A stretch of 64,000 nt of DNA from Planctomycetota bacterium (GCA_044222185.1 JBGANV010000013.1:1-64000), one strand, 5' to 3'. Shown: positions 19,649 through 29,704, counted from the stretch's first letter. Made by a program: numbers and translations. The notes: a model not told the origin generated them from the letters alone.

Positions 19649-20185
19649 TCATCGATGCTCGTGTGTGTGCTCGTGGTGATCGCTCGGTTTCGACTGCGGT
19701 GACCCGCCGCGCAGGGAGCGCGATGTCGTTTCGAACCAAGCAGCGAGCTTCTGACGATCGGCGTTCGAGAGGCGCGCAGGCGGGTGCATGAGCTTGTACC
19801 TCGGGAGCGGCATCTCCTCCGACCGGACTTGCTCCGCGGCGTCATCGAGCACCGCCGCCTGATCCTCGACGACCTCCACTCCGAACCGCGAGAGATTCAT
19901 GTGCTCGCGAGCGTGGTGCACGTCGTAGGCGATCAACCAGGAGGCAGGAGCGACCCACGAGTAGGCCGGCCAACGCGTGGAGTCCGAGTGACAGTCGTCG
20001 CAAGCGTCCGACATGAGCTTCGCGACATCAGCCGGAGGGTGGAGGACGGAGTTGATGGTGCGCGCCGAATCGACCGGGGCGTTCGTGCGTTCGACGGGCA
20101 CGAACTGGATTCCGACGAACGCAACGAGGGTCACGATCAGCGTTCGCCGCACCCATCGACGCCCTTTCGTTGGCGGCGAGTTCAT
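19649..20185 (-). CDS. Haem-binding domain (c-type cytochrome) protein
   Basis: IQFVP..CDDCHS..WPAYSWVAPASWL..EMPL..YKLMH; His tail. Confidence 0.88.
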   Translation of the reverse strand: MNSPPTKGRRWVRRTLIVTLVAFVGIQFVPVERTNAPVDSARTINSVLHPPADVAKLMSDACDDCHSDSTRWPAYSWVAPASWLIAYDVHHAREHMNLSRFGVEVVEDQAAVLDDAAEQVRSEEMPLPRYKLMHPPARLSNADRQKLAAWFETTSRSLRGGSPQSKPSDHHEHTHEHR

Positions 20186-21489
20186 GGCTTGATCCCATCC
20201 GCGTCAAGCTCTTCCTGCTTGGCGACGTCCGCGGCCGTTCCCACTGGATGCTCGTACCAACCAGGGTCCCCTTCGCCGGAGAGTCTCTCGCGAACCTTCA
20301 GCACGGTCACCATGCCGCCCATGTTGATGTATCCGAACGGACCCGGGCCGCCGAACATCGGAATGCTGTTCGGAGGAATCTCCTGCATCTCGTGGTCGTG
20401 CCCCTCCATCGGCGTCTGACCCATCGTCATGTACTCCGGCAGGACCGCTCCGAGCTTCTCGTCGACGATCGAGGGATCGATGCCGATCAGATTCGGAATC
20501 CCGTGGCCCATCTGGTTCATCATGTGATGCGTCATGTGGCAGTGAAGGGTCCAGTCGCCCGGGTTGTTGGCCTCGAACTCGACGGCTCGTGTGCTCCCGA
20601 CTGGAACGAGTACGGTCGTCTCCGGCCATCGCGCGGAGTCCGGGATCGCACCGCCGTCAGTTTCAGCGATCCAGAAGTTCGTGCCGTGGAGGTGTATGGG
20701 GTGGTGGTCGGTGGCGCTCAGGTTGCCAATCCGGATTCGAACTCGCTCGCCGCGCTGCGCGATGATTGGCGACGTTCCGGGGAATGCCTTGCCGTTGAAC
20801 GTGAAGATGTTGAAGTCCGTCATCTCGTTCGGATCGGGACGTCTCGTTCCCGGTTTGATCGCCCACTCGTTCAACAGATAGACGTAGTCCCGCTGCGTGC
20901 GTCGCTCCGGTGGCTTGCGCGGATGGACGACGAACATCCCCATGAGCCCCATCGCCATCTGCACCATCTCGTCATGGTGCGGGTGATACATGAACGTCCC
21001 GTGCTGCTCGAGCCGGAACTCGTACTTGAACGTCTCGCCCGGCTCGATCGGCCGCTGGGTGAGACCGGCGACGCCGTCCATGCCGTTCGGGACGAAGATG
21101 CCGTGCCAGTGAACCGTGGTCGGTGACGGAAGCTTGTTCGTGACGTAGATTCGGATCCTGTCGCCTTCCACGGCTTCGAGGGTGGGGCCGTGGACGCGCC
21201 CGTTGTATCCCCAGCAATTCGCCTTGAGGCCAGGTGCGAACTCGTGCTCGACCGGGCCAGGGATCAGGTGAAAGATCTTGACACCGCTCACGATCTTGAA
21301 TGGAAGTGCGGCCCCATCAGGCGTGACGACGGGAACGTAGTCCTCGTTCGGAATGCCCGGTCGGATCTCGCTCCGAAGGTCCTCGTCCCCGAGCGTGCGG
21401 CTACGCGCAAATCCCTTGCTTCCGGACGCGATGCCGGCGGCCACCGCCATCGCGGATCTCTGCATGAAGGCGCGGCGATCAACGGTCAT
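20182..21489 (-). CDS. Tat-exported two-domain multicopper oxidase
   Basis: DRRAFM Tat motif; HWHG, MYHPH, HPIHLHG and HCHMTHH. Confidence 0.93.
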   Translation of the reverse strand: MTVDRRAFMQRSAMAVAAGIASGSKGFARSRTLGDEDLRSEIRPGIPNEDYVPVVTPDGAALPFKIVSGVKIFHLIPGPVEHEFAPGLKANCWGYNGRVHGPTLEAVEGDRIRIYVTNKLPSPTTVHWHGIFVPNGMDGVAGLTQRPIEPGETFKYEFRLEQHGTFMYHPHHDEMVQMAMGLMGMFVVHPRKPPERRTQRDYVYLLNEWAIKPGTRRPDPNEMTDFNIFTFNGKAFPGTSPIIAQRGERVRIRIGNLSATDHHPIHLHGTNFWIAETDGGAIPDSARWPETTVLVPVGSTRAVEFEANNPGDWTLHCHMTHHMMNQMGHGIPNLIGIDPSIVDEKLGAVLPEYMTMGQTPMEGHDHEMQEIPPNSIPMFGGPGPFGYINMGGMVTVLKVRERLSGEGDPGWYEHPVGTAADVAKQEELDADGIKP

Positions 21490-22948
21490 GGTAACGGCCC
21501 TCCGTCATGTCGGACTCGCTGAGCTTCGAGTGATCTTGGCTCGGAGAACCGAGACGCTCATGGTTCAGGCTGCCGGCGAGCAGCTCAGAGAGATCCAGCC
21601 TCGCCCTCCAAGCATCACGGAGCGACTCGACGTAGTCCCGACCCGCGTCGAGTTCTTCCCGGCGCGCCATCAGGACGTCGAAGACGCCGATTTGCATCGC
21701 GTTAAAGAATTGGAGCGTCTCGTGCGTGAGTCGTCCCCGAAGCGGGATGACAACTGATCGCAAGTAGACAGCGCGATCACGCAGCGCGAGGCTCCGTTCC
21801 CGCAGAGTGCGCGCCGCCGTCCGAACTTCGATGGCGGTGGCAGCGTAGTCGGCAAGGGCGTGCTGCAATGCGGCCGCCGCAGCGGCACTCTTTGCCGTTC
21901 CGAGATCGAAGAGCGGGATCGCAACCTCGAGCGACGGGCCGAAGCCCCAGCCGCCGACGGCCTCCTGCTTGACCGCCACTCCGGCGTCCGCGGACGGAAA
22001 CACGGTCTCCCACGATCTCACGCCGGCCTGCTGGGCGGCCTCGTCGACGAGGCTTCGCGACCGCGCGAGATCGAGGCTGATACGAACCGCGCGGGACTCG
22101 AGCGCCTCGATGTCGAAGCTCACCGCGGGGTCCTCGCCAAGATGTCCGCTGATCCGCCACGCTGTCTTCCGTCCCCATAGGCCGAGCAGCGTGTTCAGAG
22201 GCTCCCGCGCCTCGTGTTCGTGCGCTTCGGCGTCCGCGAGAGCCAGCCGTGCCGTCGCGGCACTCGACTCTTCGAGAGTCCGTTCGCGATCGATGACGTT
22301 GCCAGCATCGTGGAGGCGACGCATCAACTCCTTGCCCGCATCCGCCGCCTCGACGGCGCGGCGCCGCATCTCGGTGACCTGCTGAGCCGCTCGGATTTCG
22401 ACGAACTGCCGGCGGACGTCGAACGCAAGGCGCACGAGATCCCGCGTCACCTCGGCGCGCCGGGCTTCGAACGCTGTTTCGGCAACGCGCCGCCGGAGCG
22501 GCATCAGGAACACGTCCAGGAAGGACTGCGCGAGCCCGAGCTCGATCTCCGTTCCCTCGCCGAAGAATTTGGCGTTCCCGCTGAAGACCGGGTTCTTGAG
22601 AAGGCCGGCCTGGAGAAGCTCGGCTCGCGCGATTCCGAGAGTCTCGTAGAGGGCGGCCACGCGCGGGTTGTTCAGCAGAGCGATCTGGACTGCCCGATCC
22701 TCGGTGAGGTCCTCATCCAACCACTGTGGATCAAACGTCTGTGTCGACTCGCTCCACGTTCGGCCGAGATGCGCTTCGGCTCCGATTCGGGACGAGAGGT
22801 CCGACTCGACATCCGCCCTTCGCGTCGAAGAAGTCGAGCACCCCCCCAGGGCAGCAACCAGTGCGATGACGGCTGCAAGAATCAAGAACAACCTTCCGAC
22901 CGTCAGGCCTCGACGGCGATGAGGTGACGGCGGCGAACAGCAGCTCAT
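21479..22948 (-). CDS. Copper-oxidase-associated TolC-family lipoprotein
   Basis: LGGC lipobox, AVQIALLNNP, QAGLLKNP and NAMQIGVFDVL. Confidence 0.88.
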   Translation of the reverse strand: MSCCSPPSPHRRRGLTVGRLFLILAAVIALVAALGGCSTSSTRRADVESDLSSRIGAEAHLGRTWSESTQTFDPQWLDEDLTEDRAVQIALLNNPRVAALYETLGIARAELLQAGLLKNPVFSGNAKFFGEGTEIELGLAQSFLDVFLMPLRRRVAETAFEARRAEVTRDLVRLAFDVRRQFVEIRAAQQVTEMRRRAVEAADAGKELMRRLHDAGNVIDRERTLEESSAATARLALADAEAHEHEAREPLNTLLGLWGRKTAWRISGHLGEDPAVSFDIEALESRAVRISLDLARSRSLVDEAAQQAGVRSWETVFPSADAGVAVKQEAVGGWGFGPSLEVAIPLFDLGTAKSAAAAAALQHALADYAATAIEVRTAARTLRERSLALRDRAVYLRSVVIPLRGRLTHETLQFFNAMQIGVFDVLMARREELDAGRDYVESLRDAWRARLDLSELLAGSLNHERLGSPSQDHSKLSESDMTEGRYHDR

Positions 22949-23286
22949 TTTTCTTCTCCGTCGTGATGGTGCTCGTGATGCTCGTGGGCTGGGCGAGACT
23001 CGGGTGGCCGCGTCTCGGCGTTCCCGGCCTCGCGCCGCGATTCGGCAGCACGCGGAGCTGCTCCGTGCGCATGATGCGCGCCCACGCCAGGCGCTGATTC
23101 GGGATGCGAGATCATCGCGGGTACAGCCTCGATCGCGAGTGTTGCGGACCGCGCCGGACGGGGAGCCTCGTCGGCATCGACGGATGCGGGGTGATCGCGA
23201 CCGGGATCCGGCATCGGCGGAGCGATCGAGCATCCAAACGACAAGACGAGTGCCCCCGTGAGGGCGACGTAGTTCTTGCGAGTCAT
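22945..23286 (-). CDS. Small His-rich lipoprotein
   Basis: SFGC lipobox, DHPASVDADEAP, tail HEHHEHHHD; RBS AAGGAG. Confidence 0.78.
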   Translation of the reverse strand: MTRKNYVALTGALVLSFGCSIAPPMPDPGRDHPASVDADEAPRPARSATLAIEAVPAMISHPESAPGVGAHHAHGAAPRAAESRREAGNAETRPPESRPAHEHHEHHHDGEEK

Positions 23287-23349
23287 GCCCTTCTCCTTCC
23301 GTAGCGACGCCGCCCGCGGGGAACGCCGGCGGCGCTGTGGACTCACCGA

Positions 23350-24051
23350 TCACTTCTTCGTGTCGGACTGGTCGTGGTGCTCTTGATGGTGGCCGTGATC
23401 GCCGTGGCCATCGCCGGAATGGTGATCGGCCGACCGGCTCTCGGGCTTCGACTCCGCGGCCTTCGAGACCGACTCCTTCGCCTTCTTCAGGGTTTCAGCC
23501 GGCACCTTCTCGGCATCCTGAACGCACGTCGACGCCGAGAGATGGACGATCTCGTCTCCGATCACGATGAAGGCATTCTTGACGACCGGCTTCCCGGAGA
23601 TCGGGCACGTGGTGTTTCCCACATCCTTCAGCTTTGGGTTCAGCGCCTTCGCAAGAACGACCTGGGCGTCATCCTGCGCCGGCTTCACGCAGTCCTTGCA
23701 GCAGAGGTTGATCTCATACCCCTGGAGCTTGACCGTCGGCGAGCCTGCTTCGATCGCATCTCCGCTGACGGGGCACACCGTGTTCTTCGCCTGCGTCGTC
23801 TTCGGGTACGCGGCCTTGTAGGTGCCTTCGGGATCCTGCCGGACCTTCTTGTTGCAGGAGGCACAGCAGAGGTAGACGCGCCCGTAGATCGTGTCGACGA
23901 AGACCTTCGTTGAGGCTGGTTTGCCCATGACCGGGCAGTTGACGTTCGGATACGTCGGAACGCTCGTCTTCGGATTCGAAGCCGAGTCTTGCGCGAAGGC
24001 GATCGTTCCGATCACCACGAGCACACCGAGTGAGGCATTGAAACGGATCAT
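23350..24051 (-). CDS. Secreted YHS/TRASH-like repeat protein with a His-rich tail (copy 2)
   Basis: Paralogue of 18129-18830; CPVMG..YLCCASC, CPVSG..CCKDC and CPISG. Confidence 0.82.
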   Translation of the reverse strand: MIRFNASLGVLVVIGTIAFAQDSASNPKTSVPTYPNVNCPVMGKPASTKVFVDTIYGRVYLCCASCNKKVRQDPEGTYKAAYPKTTQAKNTVCPVSGDAIEAGSPTVKLQGYEINLCCKDCVKPAQDDAQVVLAKALNPKLKDVGNTTCPISGKPVVKNAFIVIGDEIVHLSASTCVQDAEKVPAETLKKAKESVSKAAESKPESRSADHHSGDGHGDHGHHQEHHDQSDTKK

Positions 24052-24253
24052 GTTGGTCCTTTGTCTTGGTGATGAAGAGTGAATTTCTGCGGCTCCGCGC
24101 CGGAAGAGGTCGCACGCGGAATTGAGGATGTCGGCCATGGCGGCGTCCAACGACGGACGTCGAGACCACGACAGAGATCGAAATCGACGGGCCGGATCAG
24201 TCCAGGGCTGCGCCTTGCGACGCAACCAGACCGGCCGTCTTTCGCCGCAAGGT

Positions 24254-24646
24254 CTAAATCACCAACGGACCCGAACGTTGCTTCGGTGGTGAGAAGTGGG
24301 GTGTCGGAGCAAGCGCATCGCCGACGTCGATGGTCTTGGAACGCGCCAGGAAGTCCATCATCGCCACAGGAATCACTGCGGGCGAGACGGGATGGTCAAG
24401 TCCTGCGGCCGGCGGTGTGGAGTCAGTTTCGTGCGCAGTGTTGAACGTGATGCACCGACCGCCGGCGACGGAGAGCATGTTCGCGAGCTGCCTTCCGACT
24501 GGGTTTGGCGCCGCCGGTTTGGTCTCGTGCTCGCGATTCGACGATTTCGTATGGCGGCAGAAGCAGATCGTGAGGGAAACTCCGTCTGGAACCACGAGAA
24601 GTGGCATCAACGCGACGAGGAAGGCCTTCAGCCGGGGCAGTCCCAT
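24254..24646 (-). CDS. DUF2946-like leader gene (copy 2)
   Basis: LLVVPDGVSLTICFC resembles LVLPGSLAFQLCFC of copy 1; ends GPLVI. Confidence 0.55.
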   Translation of the reverse strand: MGLPRLKAFLVALMPLLVVPDGVSLTICFCRHTKSSNREHETKPAAPNPVGRQLANMLSVAGGRCITFNTAHETDSTPPAAGLDHPVSPAVIPVAMMDFLARSKTIDVGDALAPTPHFSPPKQRSGPLVI

Positions 24647-24931
24647 GACTCGCAGCTTAATACGATTCTCGTGAGCGGGTCAACGAGGAGAGCTTGCAGT
24701 CTTCAGCGCTCTGTCCCGCGTCGGTGTCCGGCCATCACCTCGACGTTCGCCAACCCTGTTGCTCGCTTCGACTTGGCTCGATCGAAGCAACTGGGGAGGC
24801 CAGCAGGGCCCACCGCGGACGCGCACACCACGAACGACAGTGGCTCGGAGCGATGTAGGTTGAATCTTGAACCTCCGATGTGAACCTCATCGCGTCGCAG
24901 AATTCCTCGTCGCGGCCCGGAGGACTCGGCC

Positions 24932-25285
24932 ATGAATCGCCAACCCACGCGCTCCCTGGTACCTCGCCTGCTTGCCGTCGCGGCGCTCGCGATGGTCACG
25001 GGCTTTGTGACAAGTTGTCGCTCCGATGACGTCGGAGATCACGGCGACCATGGCCCACCATCAGTCATCGCGTGCTCCAAGTGCTACGAGCAGGTCGTCG
25101 TCCAGCGCTCCCGGATCGGGGGCCGAAACCCCCGCGGACGAGGGTCGCAGGTGGTCTTCAAGCATCACTGCGCCGACTGCAACGCCGAGATGACGATCAC
25201 GGACGAAGACGGCGTCGCGACGATGAGATGTCCGACGTGCGCCCCAGAAGGTGTCGCGTGTGATCGCTGCGTCGGGCCGCGTTAA
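24932..25285 (+). CDS. Lipoprotein with four CxxC motifs
   Basis: VTSC lipobox; CSKC, CADC, CPTC and CDRC; RBS GGAGGA. Confidence 0.75.
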   Translation: MNRQPTRSLVPRLLAVAALAMVTGFVTSCRSDDVGDHGDHGPPSVIACSKCYEQVVVQRSRIGGRNPRGRGSQVVFKHHCADCNAEMTITDEDGVATMRCPTCAPEGVACDRCVGPR

Positions 25286-25403
25286 TTCCCTCAATTCTGG
25301 TGCGGAGTCAGCGCGATGGGTCCGATTTGGGGCCGCCTCGGACCCATCCGGATGACCCGTCCGGCACTTTCACCGGCGGTATTTCACACCGTCCGCGGAT
25401 CGG

Positions 25404-26051
25404 TCACCCGCAACACTCGTCGCCTCTCCACGCCTCTCGTCCTTCGCGGACGATGAGCACGGCGACGAGGATCGCCGTCACGGGATCAGCCCACCACCAA
25501 CCGAAGATGCCGTTGAGCGCCACTCCGAGCAGGGTCGCCAGGGAAAGCCACCAACACGCGGTCGTCTGCCCCGCGTCGGCTTGCATTGCACGGCTTCCAA
25601 GCTCTCGACCGACTTGACGCTTCGCGCGAGCGAGCCGAACCATGACGACCAGCGAAACCGCCGTGAGCGCGATACCAACCGGGCTGAACTCCGGACGCTC
25701 TCTGAGACGGAGCGTGTTGACGGCGTCGAACACGACGTATGCGGCGAGGAGAAAGAGCGAGAGCGCAACCAAGCGACGCGCGCGATGCTCGATGGCTTCG
25801 ACGTGCGCTGCCGAGCCCACACCTGATCGCTCGGTTCGCAATCGCCAGATCATGATCAGCCCCGACGCGGACTCGACGAAGCTGTCGACGCCGAATCCGA
25901 AGAGCACGATCGATCGCGCAAGGACGGCCGCCGTGATGGCCACTCCACCTTCAACGAGGTTCCAACCGACTGTCAGGTACTCGAGACGGATTGCGCGACG
26001 GAGAATGTCCCGCCGTCCACCGGCCAGAGCAGAATCACGATTGGAGTCCAT
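25404..26051 (-). CDS. CDF-like cation transporter (short form)
   Basis: LEYLTVGWNLVEG, FGVDSFVES, WWWADP and EGREAWRGDECC. Confidence 0.9.
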   Translation of the reverse strand: MDSNRDSALAGGRRDILRRAIRLEYLTVGWNLVEGGVAITAAVLARSIVLFGFGVDSFVESASGLIMIWRLRTERSGVGSAAHVEAIEHRARRLVALSLFLLAAYVVFDAVNTLRLRERPEFSPVGIALTAVSLVVMVRLARAKRQVGRELGSRAMQADAGQTTACWWLSLATLLGVALNGIFGWWWADPVTAILVAVLIVREGREAWRGDECCG

Positions 26052-26652
26052 CGGCAACGAAGTGGGGTGGGGCCGGAGTCACGAAGCACCGGCTACTAAC
26101 GGATACAGGCGAAGGTTCGGGGACAGCTCATCGACCACCGCGAACGTTATCAGGCGCGGGATTCCAGACACCGCGTACGCACGGGCATCCCGCTGTCGGA
26201 GAGATAGAGAGGTCCCACGCCCCGCCGCCGCGTCCCACCATCTTCCCTCGACACGAGTGTCGCAGGCAGCGGTTCACGCGCGAGCGGCGCAGCCCAGGCC
26301 CGCTCTCGGGGTTCATCGAATGCACCGGCTTCCGCTCTGCTTCACCGATACATCACCGATTTCAAGCGATCGAGAGCGAGGCTGTGGTCGCGCGCTGACC
26401 GGAACGGCCGACCACGCTTTGAGATGCGACCGCCGCGGCGGTGAGCGAGCCTCGCATCGCCTCCTCGGTCGGTGAAGTTCGCGACTCCCGCCGCGACGGC
26501 GCGAACCCCGCCTGTTCCTCGGCGAATCGGGGCAAGATCCTCCGCTCGACGCCGACGCCGTGAACTTGCCCGCTTGCGACCGCCGGTGAAGCATCGGTGA
26601 ACATCATCTGCGCTCTGAGGGCGCTCCGACTTCACCGCCAGACCTCACCGGG

Positions 26653-26746
26653 TATGATCTGCGTCGCTCCGGGCAACCTCCAAGGCGACGTGTGTCGCAC
26701 ATCTCCAAGCCGCGCCCGGCCACCACTGTCTTGGAGACTCTCCATG
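26653..26746 (+). promoter_or_regulatory. Leader with -10-like TATGAT and CTCCAAG/CTCCAAG/CTTGGAG motifs (copy A)
   Basis: Homologous to 31921-32022 on the opposite strand. Confidence 0.6.
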
Positions 26747-28027
26747 TCGACTCCCGCGACTCTCGCGATCCGTCGCCGTCCGATTGCGTCCCTCGCCCCC
26801 GACCCGGCCAATGCCCGCAAGCACGGCGAGCAGAACCTCGATGCCATCACGGCGTCGCTTCGCCGCTTCGGACAGGCCGAACCACTCGTCATCCAGGCCG
26901 GCACGGGCCGTGTGATCGCCGGCCACGGGCGGCTTCTGGCCATGAAGCAGCTCGGCTGGACCGACTGCGACGTCGTCGAACTGGACGTGGACGATCTGAA
27001 GGCGACCGCCCTCGGCATTGCCCTCAACCGCACGGCGGAGCTGGCCGAGTGGGATGAATCAGTCCTCGCGAAGCTCCTCGACGAGCTGCGCGACCAGGAC
27101 GCACTCGACGGCGTCGGCTTCGCGCCCGGAGACATCGACGCCCTGCTCGCCGAACTTGACGCCCAGGCCGGGCCAGCGGAGCTGTCCGACGAGGGCCCCG
27201 ATGAACCGCCTGAGGACCCCGTATCGCGCCGCGGCGACCTGTGGGTGCTCGGTGATCATCGCCTGCTCTGCGGCGACTCCACCAATGCCGACGACGTCGC
27301 GCGCCTGATGGCCGGCGACAAGGCGGCCCTCATCGCGACCGACCCGCCCTACCTCGTCGACTACACCGGCGAACGGCCGAACGACTCCGGGAAGGATTGG
27401 AGCGCCACCTACCGCGAGATCGACATCAAGGACGCGGACGCGTTCTTCCGATCCGTGTTCACGAACGTGAAGGCGGTCGGCGCACCGAACGCCGCGATCT
27501 ACTGCTGGCACGCCCACAAACGCTCCGGCGACATCCAGCGCATCTGGCGCGACCTCGGCATCCTCGACCACCAGCAGATCGTGTGGGTGAAGCCGACCGC
27601 GGTGTTCGGCCGGGTCTATTGGCACTTCCGCCACGAGCCGTGCATGATGGGTTGGATCCAGGGATCGAAACCCGAGCATGACGGCGTTCACGAACACGAC
27701 TCCGTCTGGGAGGTCGACTGGGACGGGAAGGCTCGCCTCGTGGGGTCCGAGCACCCTACTTCGAAGCCCGTCGAGCTGTTCGCCCGCCCCATGCGCAAGC
27801 ACACGAAGCCGGGCCAAATCGTGTTCGAGCCGTTCTCGGGCTCCGGCTCCCAGATCATCGCGGCCGAGCGTGAGCGCCGTCGATGCCGCGCGATGGAGAT
27901 CAGCCCCGCGTTCGTCGACGTGGCGATTCGTCGCTGGGAGAAGGCAACGGGCAAGTCCGCCACGCTCGAGGACACGGGGCAGTCGTTCGCGGTCGTGTCC
28001 GAGATCCGGGAGGCGTCCCATGCATAG
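26744..28027 (+). CDS. ParB/Srx-domain plus N6A/N4C DNA methyltransferase (phage-type)
   Basis: PANARKH..IAGHGR ParB-N region; HRLLCGDS, DPPY, HPTSKP and EPFSGSGS. Confidence 0.92.
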   Translation: MSTPATLAIRRRPIASLAPDPANARKHGEQNLDAITASLRRFGQAEPLVIQAGTGRVIAGHGRLLAMKQLGWTDCDVVELDVDDLKATALGIALNRTAELAEWDESVLAKLLDELRDQDALDGVGFAPGDIDALLAELDAQAGPAELSDEGPDEPPEDPVSRRGDLWVLGDHRLLCGDSTNADDVARLMAGDKAALIATDPPYLVDYTGERPNDSGKDWSATYREIDIKDADAFFRSVFTNVKAVGAPNAAIYCWHAHKRSGDIQRIWRDLGILDHQQIVWVKPTAVFGRVYWHFRHEPCMMGWIQGSKPEHDGVHEHDSVWEVDWDGKARLVGSEHPTSKPVELFARPMRKHTKPGQIVFEPFSGSGSQIIAAERERRRCRAMEISPAFVDVAIRRWEKATGKSATLEDTGQSFAVVSEIREASHA

Positions 28028-28124
28028 ATGTCTCCTGCGTCGTCCTGACCCGCTCGCTCCATGGTTCATGTTCTGGTTCCTCATCGCGGCGCTATGCCTC
28101 GCCTACGGGATCGCGAAGCGGTGA
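28020..28124 (+). CDS. 34-aa single-TM peptide
   Basis: MHRCLLRRPDPLAPWFMFWFLIAALCLAYGIAKR; overlaps both neighbours; RBS GGAGG. Confidence 0.45.
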   Translation: MHRCLLRRPDPLAPWFMFWFLIAALCLAYGIAKR

Positions 28125-28627
28125 AGCGGAAGCTCCCATCGAGCGCGTTCGACGCGTACGTCAGCCTGGGCGCGGCCCGCAGCTACGAGGCCGTCGCCCG
28201 GCAGTTCGGCGTCACGAAGCGCGCCGTGACGGCGTGCGCTGAACGCGAGGACTGGCAGGGTCGACTCGCGGACGCCCACGAGAAGGCCCGGGTCGAGAGC
28301 GATCGCAAGGCCGCGGACGAACTCGTCGCCATGAACGCGCGGCACGATGGGATCGCTGGCGCGATCGAGACCGCCGTCGTGAAGTTGATGCGGGAGCTGG
28401 GCAACGAAGCCACGATGGCCGACCTGCGAATGGCCGCCCTAACGATCGAGGCGACACAGCGGGTGAGACGGACTTCGCGCGGGCTCGATGACGCGGCACG
28501 TCTCGCGCAGGCGGCGGAGCCGGCCGCTCCCCTTCCGCCCCGGATCATCGAGTGGCGGCTGATGACGCCCGAGCGGATCGCGGAGGAGCGTGCCAAGCAC
28601 CGGGTGCCCGCCGAACGGTCCGGGTAG
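28121..28627 (+). CDS. Small-terminase-like HTH plus coiled-coil protein (TerS-like 1)
   Basis: AFDAYVSLGAARSYEAVARQFGV..WQGR; follows the ParB-MTase as in phage packaging modules. Confidence 0.65.
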   Translation: MKRKLPSSAFDAYVSLGAARSYEAVARQFGVTKRAVTACAEREDWQGRLADAHEKARVESDRKAADELVAMNARHDGIAGAIETAVVKLMRELGNEATMADLRMAALTIEATQRVRRTSRGLDDAARLAQAAEPAAPLPPRIIEWRLMTPERIAEERAKHRVPAERSG

Positions 28628-28658
28628 GCCAACCGCCTCAGTCAGTTCGCGGCCGGAA

Positions 28659-28708
28659 CTTCTTCGTCGTCGCCTCCCCCCTACAGGAGACGCCTAACGG
28701 CGAAGAAG
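28659..28708. repeat. ~50-bp palindromic element, copy A
   Basis: CTTCTTCGTCG..CCCCCCTACAGGAG..CGGCGAAGAAG. Confidence 0.8.
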
Positions 28709-28725
28709 CCCCCCTCCGGGCGTCC

Positions 28726-28809
28726 TCAACTCACCGCCGCCCTGACCCGCTCCCGATCCACCCGCGCAACGACCAGCGTCGAGGTGATCGATCGGTGGTG
28801 AATCGCGGC
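28726..28809 (-). pseudogene. Remnant 3' end of a tyrosine recombinase
   Basis: Translates AAIHHRSITSTLVVARVDRERVRAAVS*, versus AALRHRSITSTLVYARVDRERVRAAVS* at 29734-29817. Confidence 0.88.
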
Positions 28810-28811
28810 GT

Positions 28812-29597
28812 CTACGCGCCCTTCTCAAAGCACTCCCACCCGTCCGTTTCATCAACTACGTCGTCGATCAGCTTGTAGGTGTACTCGTTCGGCGTGCCTG
28901 GAGCACTGGAAAAGGCCGCCTCGATGCTTGGAACGGAGAACCGTTGCGCGTCCAGGAGCCTCGCCTGACACATCCCGACCGCGCGGTCACGATGCTCGAC
29001 GAGGTGGAACTCAACCGCGGTGGTGACGAACTCATTCCACACATCAGACTTGGTCAATCGGATCGTGGAGATGGCCCGCGCGAGATACCCGCTGAGTTGT
29101 GCCGTCGTGATCCTTCCGACCGCCGCCAGCGTCGCGAGCGTACGAAGACAGACTGCGCGCGATGCGCCGCGAAGGCCCTCCTGCTCGGCAAACGCCATCA
29201 GGCCGTCTGCGTCGCCGTCAAAGGTCGAGGCGAGCACGGAATGCAGGGAATAGTCGCCCAGCCGGTCGGTGAGGCAGTAGAGCGTCTCCGGGTCGAACCG
29301 AAGGAAGTCGAGAGCCATGGTGTGCGCGCGCACCTCCCGGAACTTGGCGAGGAGGACCAGCGCGAGGCCGGCGCCCTGGAACTCCCCGTCCGAGACGAAC
29401 GGACGCCAATCCGCAAGGACGGCGCGGAGGGTCGCGAGGAGGGAACGAACAAGCTGCTCGCCCATCGCTTCCGCCCGTCGAAGCTGCGCGACTGGGCGAA
29501 CACCCCCGCACCACGCGATCTCCTTCCAGAGCGCGGTGGCCGCGCGCTGTGGGATGACGGGCAGGTTTCGAGACGAGGTGGACGATCGGCGTGCCAA
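28812..29597 (-). CDS. DUF1186-like protein (no SEC-C tail)
   Basis: LVLLAKFREVRAH, VLASTFDGD and LIDDVVDETDGWECF; TTG start inferred from RBS GGAGAGG. Confidence 0.65.
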   Translation of the reverse strand: MARRSSTSSRNLPVIPQRAATALWKEIAWCGGVRPVAQLRRAEAMGEQLVRSLLATLRAVLADWRPFVSDGEFQGAGLALVLLAKFREVRAHTMALDFLRFDPETLYCLTDRLGDYSLHSVLASTFDGDADGLMAFAEQEGLRGASRAVCLRTLATLAAVGRITTAQLSGYLARAISTIRLTKSDVWNEFVTTAVEFHLVEHRDRAVGMCQARLLDAQRFSVPSIEAAFSSAPGTPNEYTYKLIDDVVDETDGWECFEKGA

Positions 29598-29655
29598 TGG
29601 CCTCTCCGGTGGCCGGCGATCATACTCCGACTCACCGAAGCCGAATGACGGCTGA

Positions 29656-29704
29656 GTTCTTCTTCGTCGCTTCCCCCTATAGGAGAGGGGCGACGGCGAA
29701 GAAG
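29656..29704. repeat. ~50-bp palindromic element, copy B
   Basis: TTCTTCTTCGTCGCTTCCCCCTATAGGAGAGGGGCGACGGCGAAGAAG. Confidence 0.8.

Noticed and set aside
26744-28027. Restriction-modification system
   Set aside because: ParB-fused phage-type MTase with no recognisable endonuclease partner.
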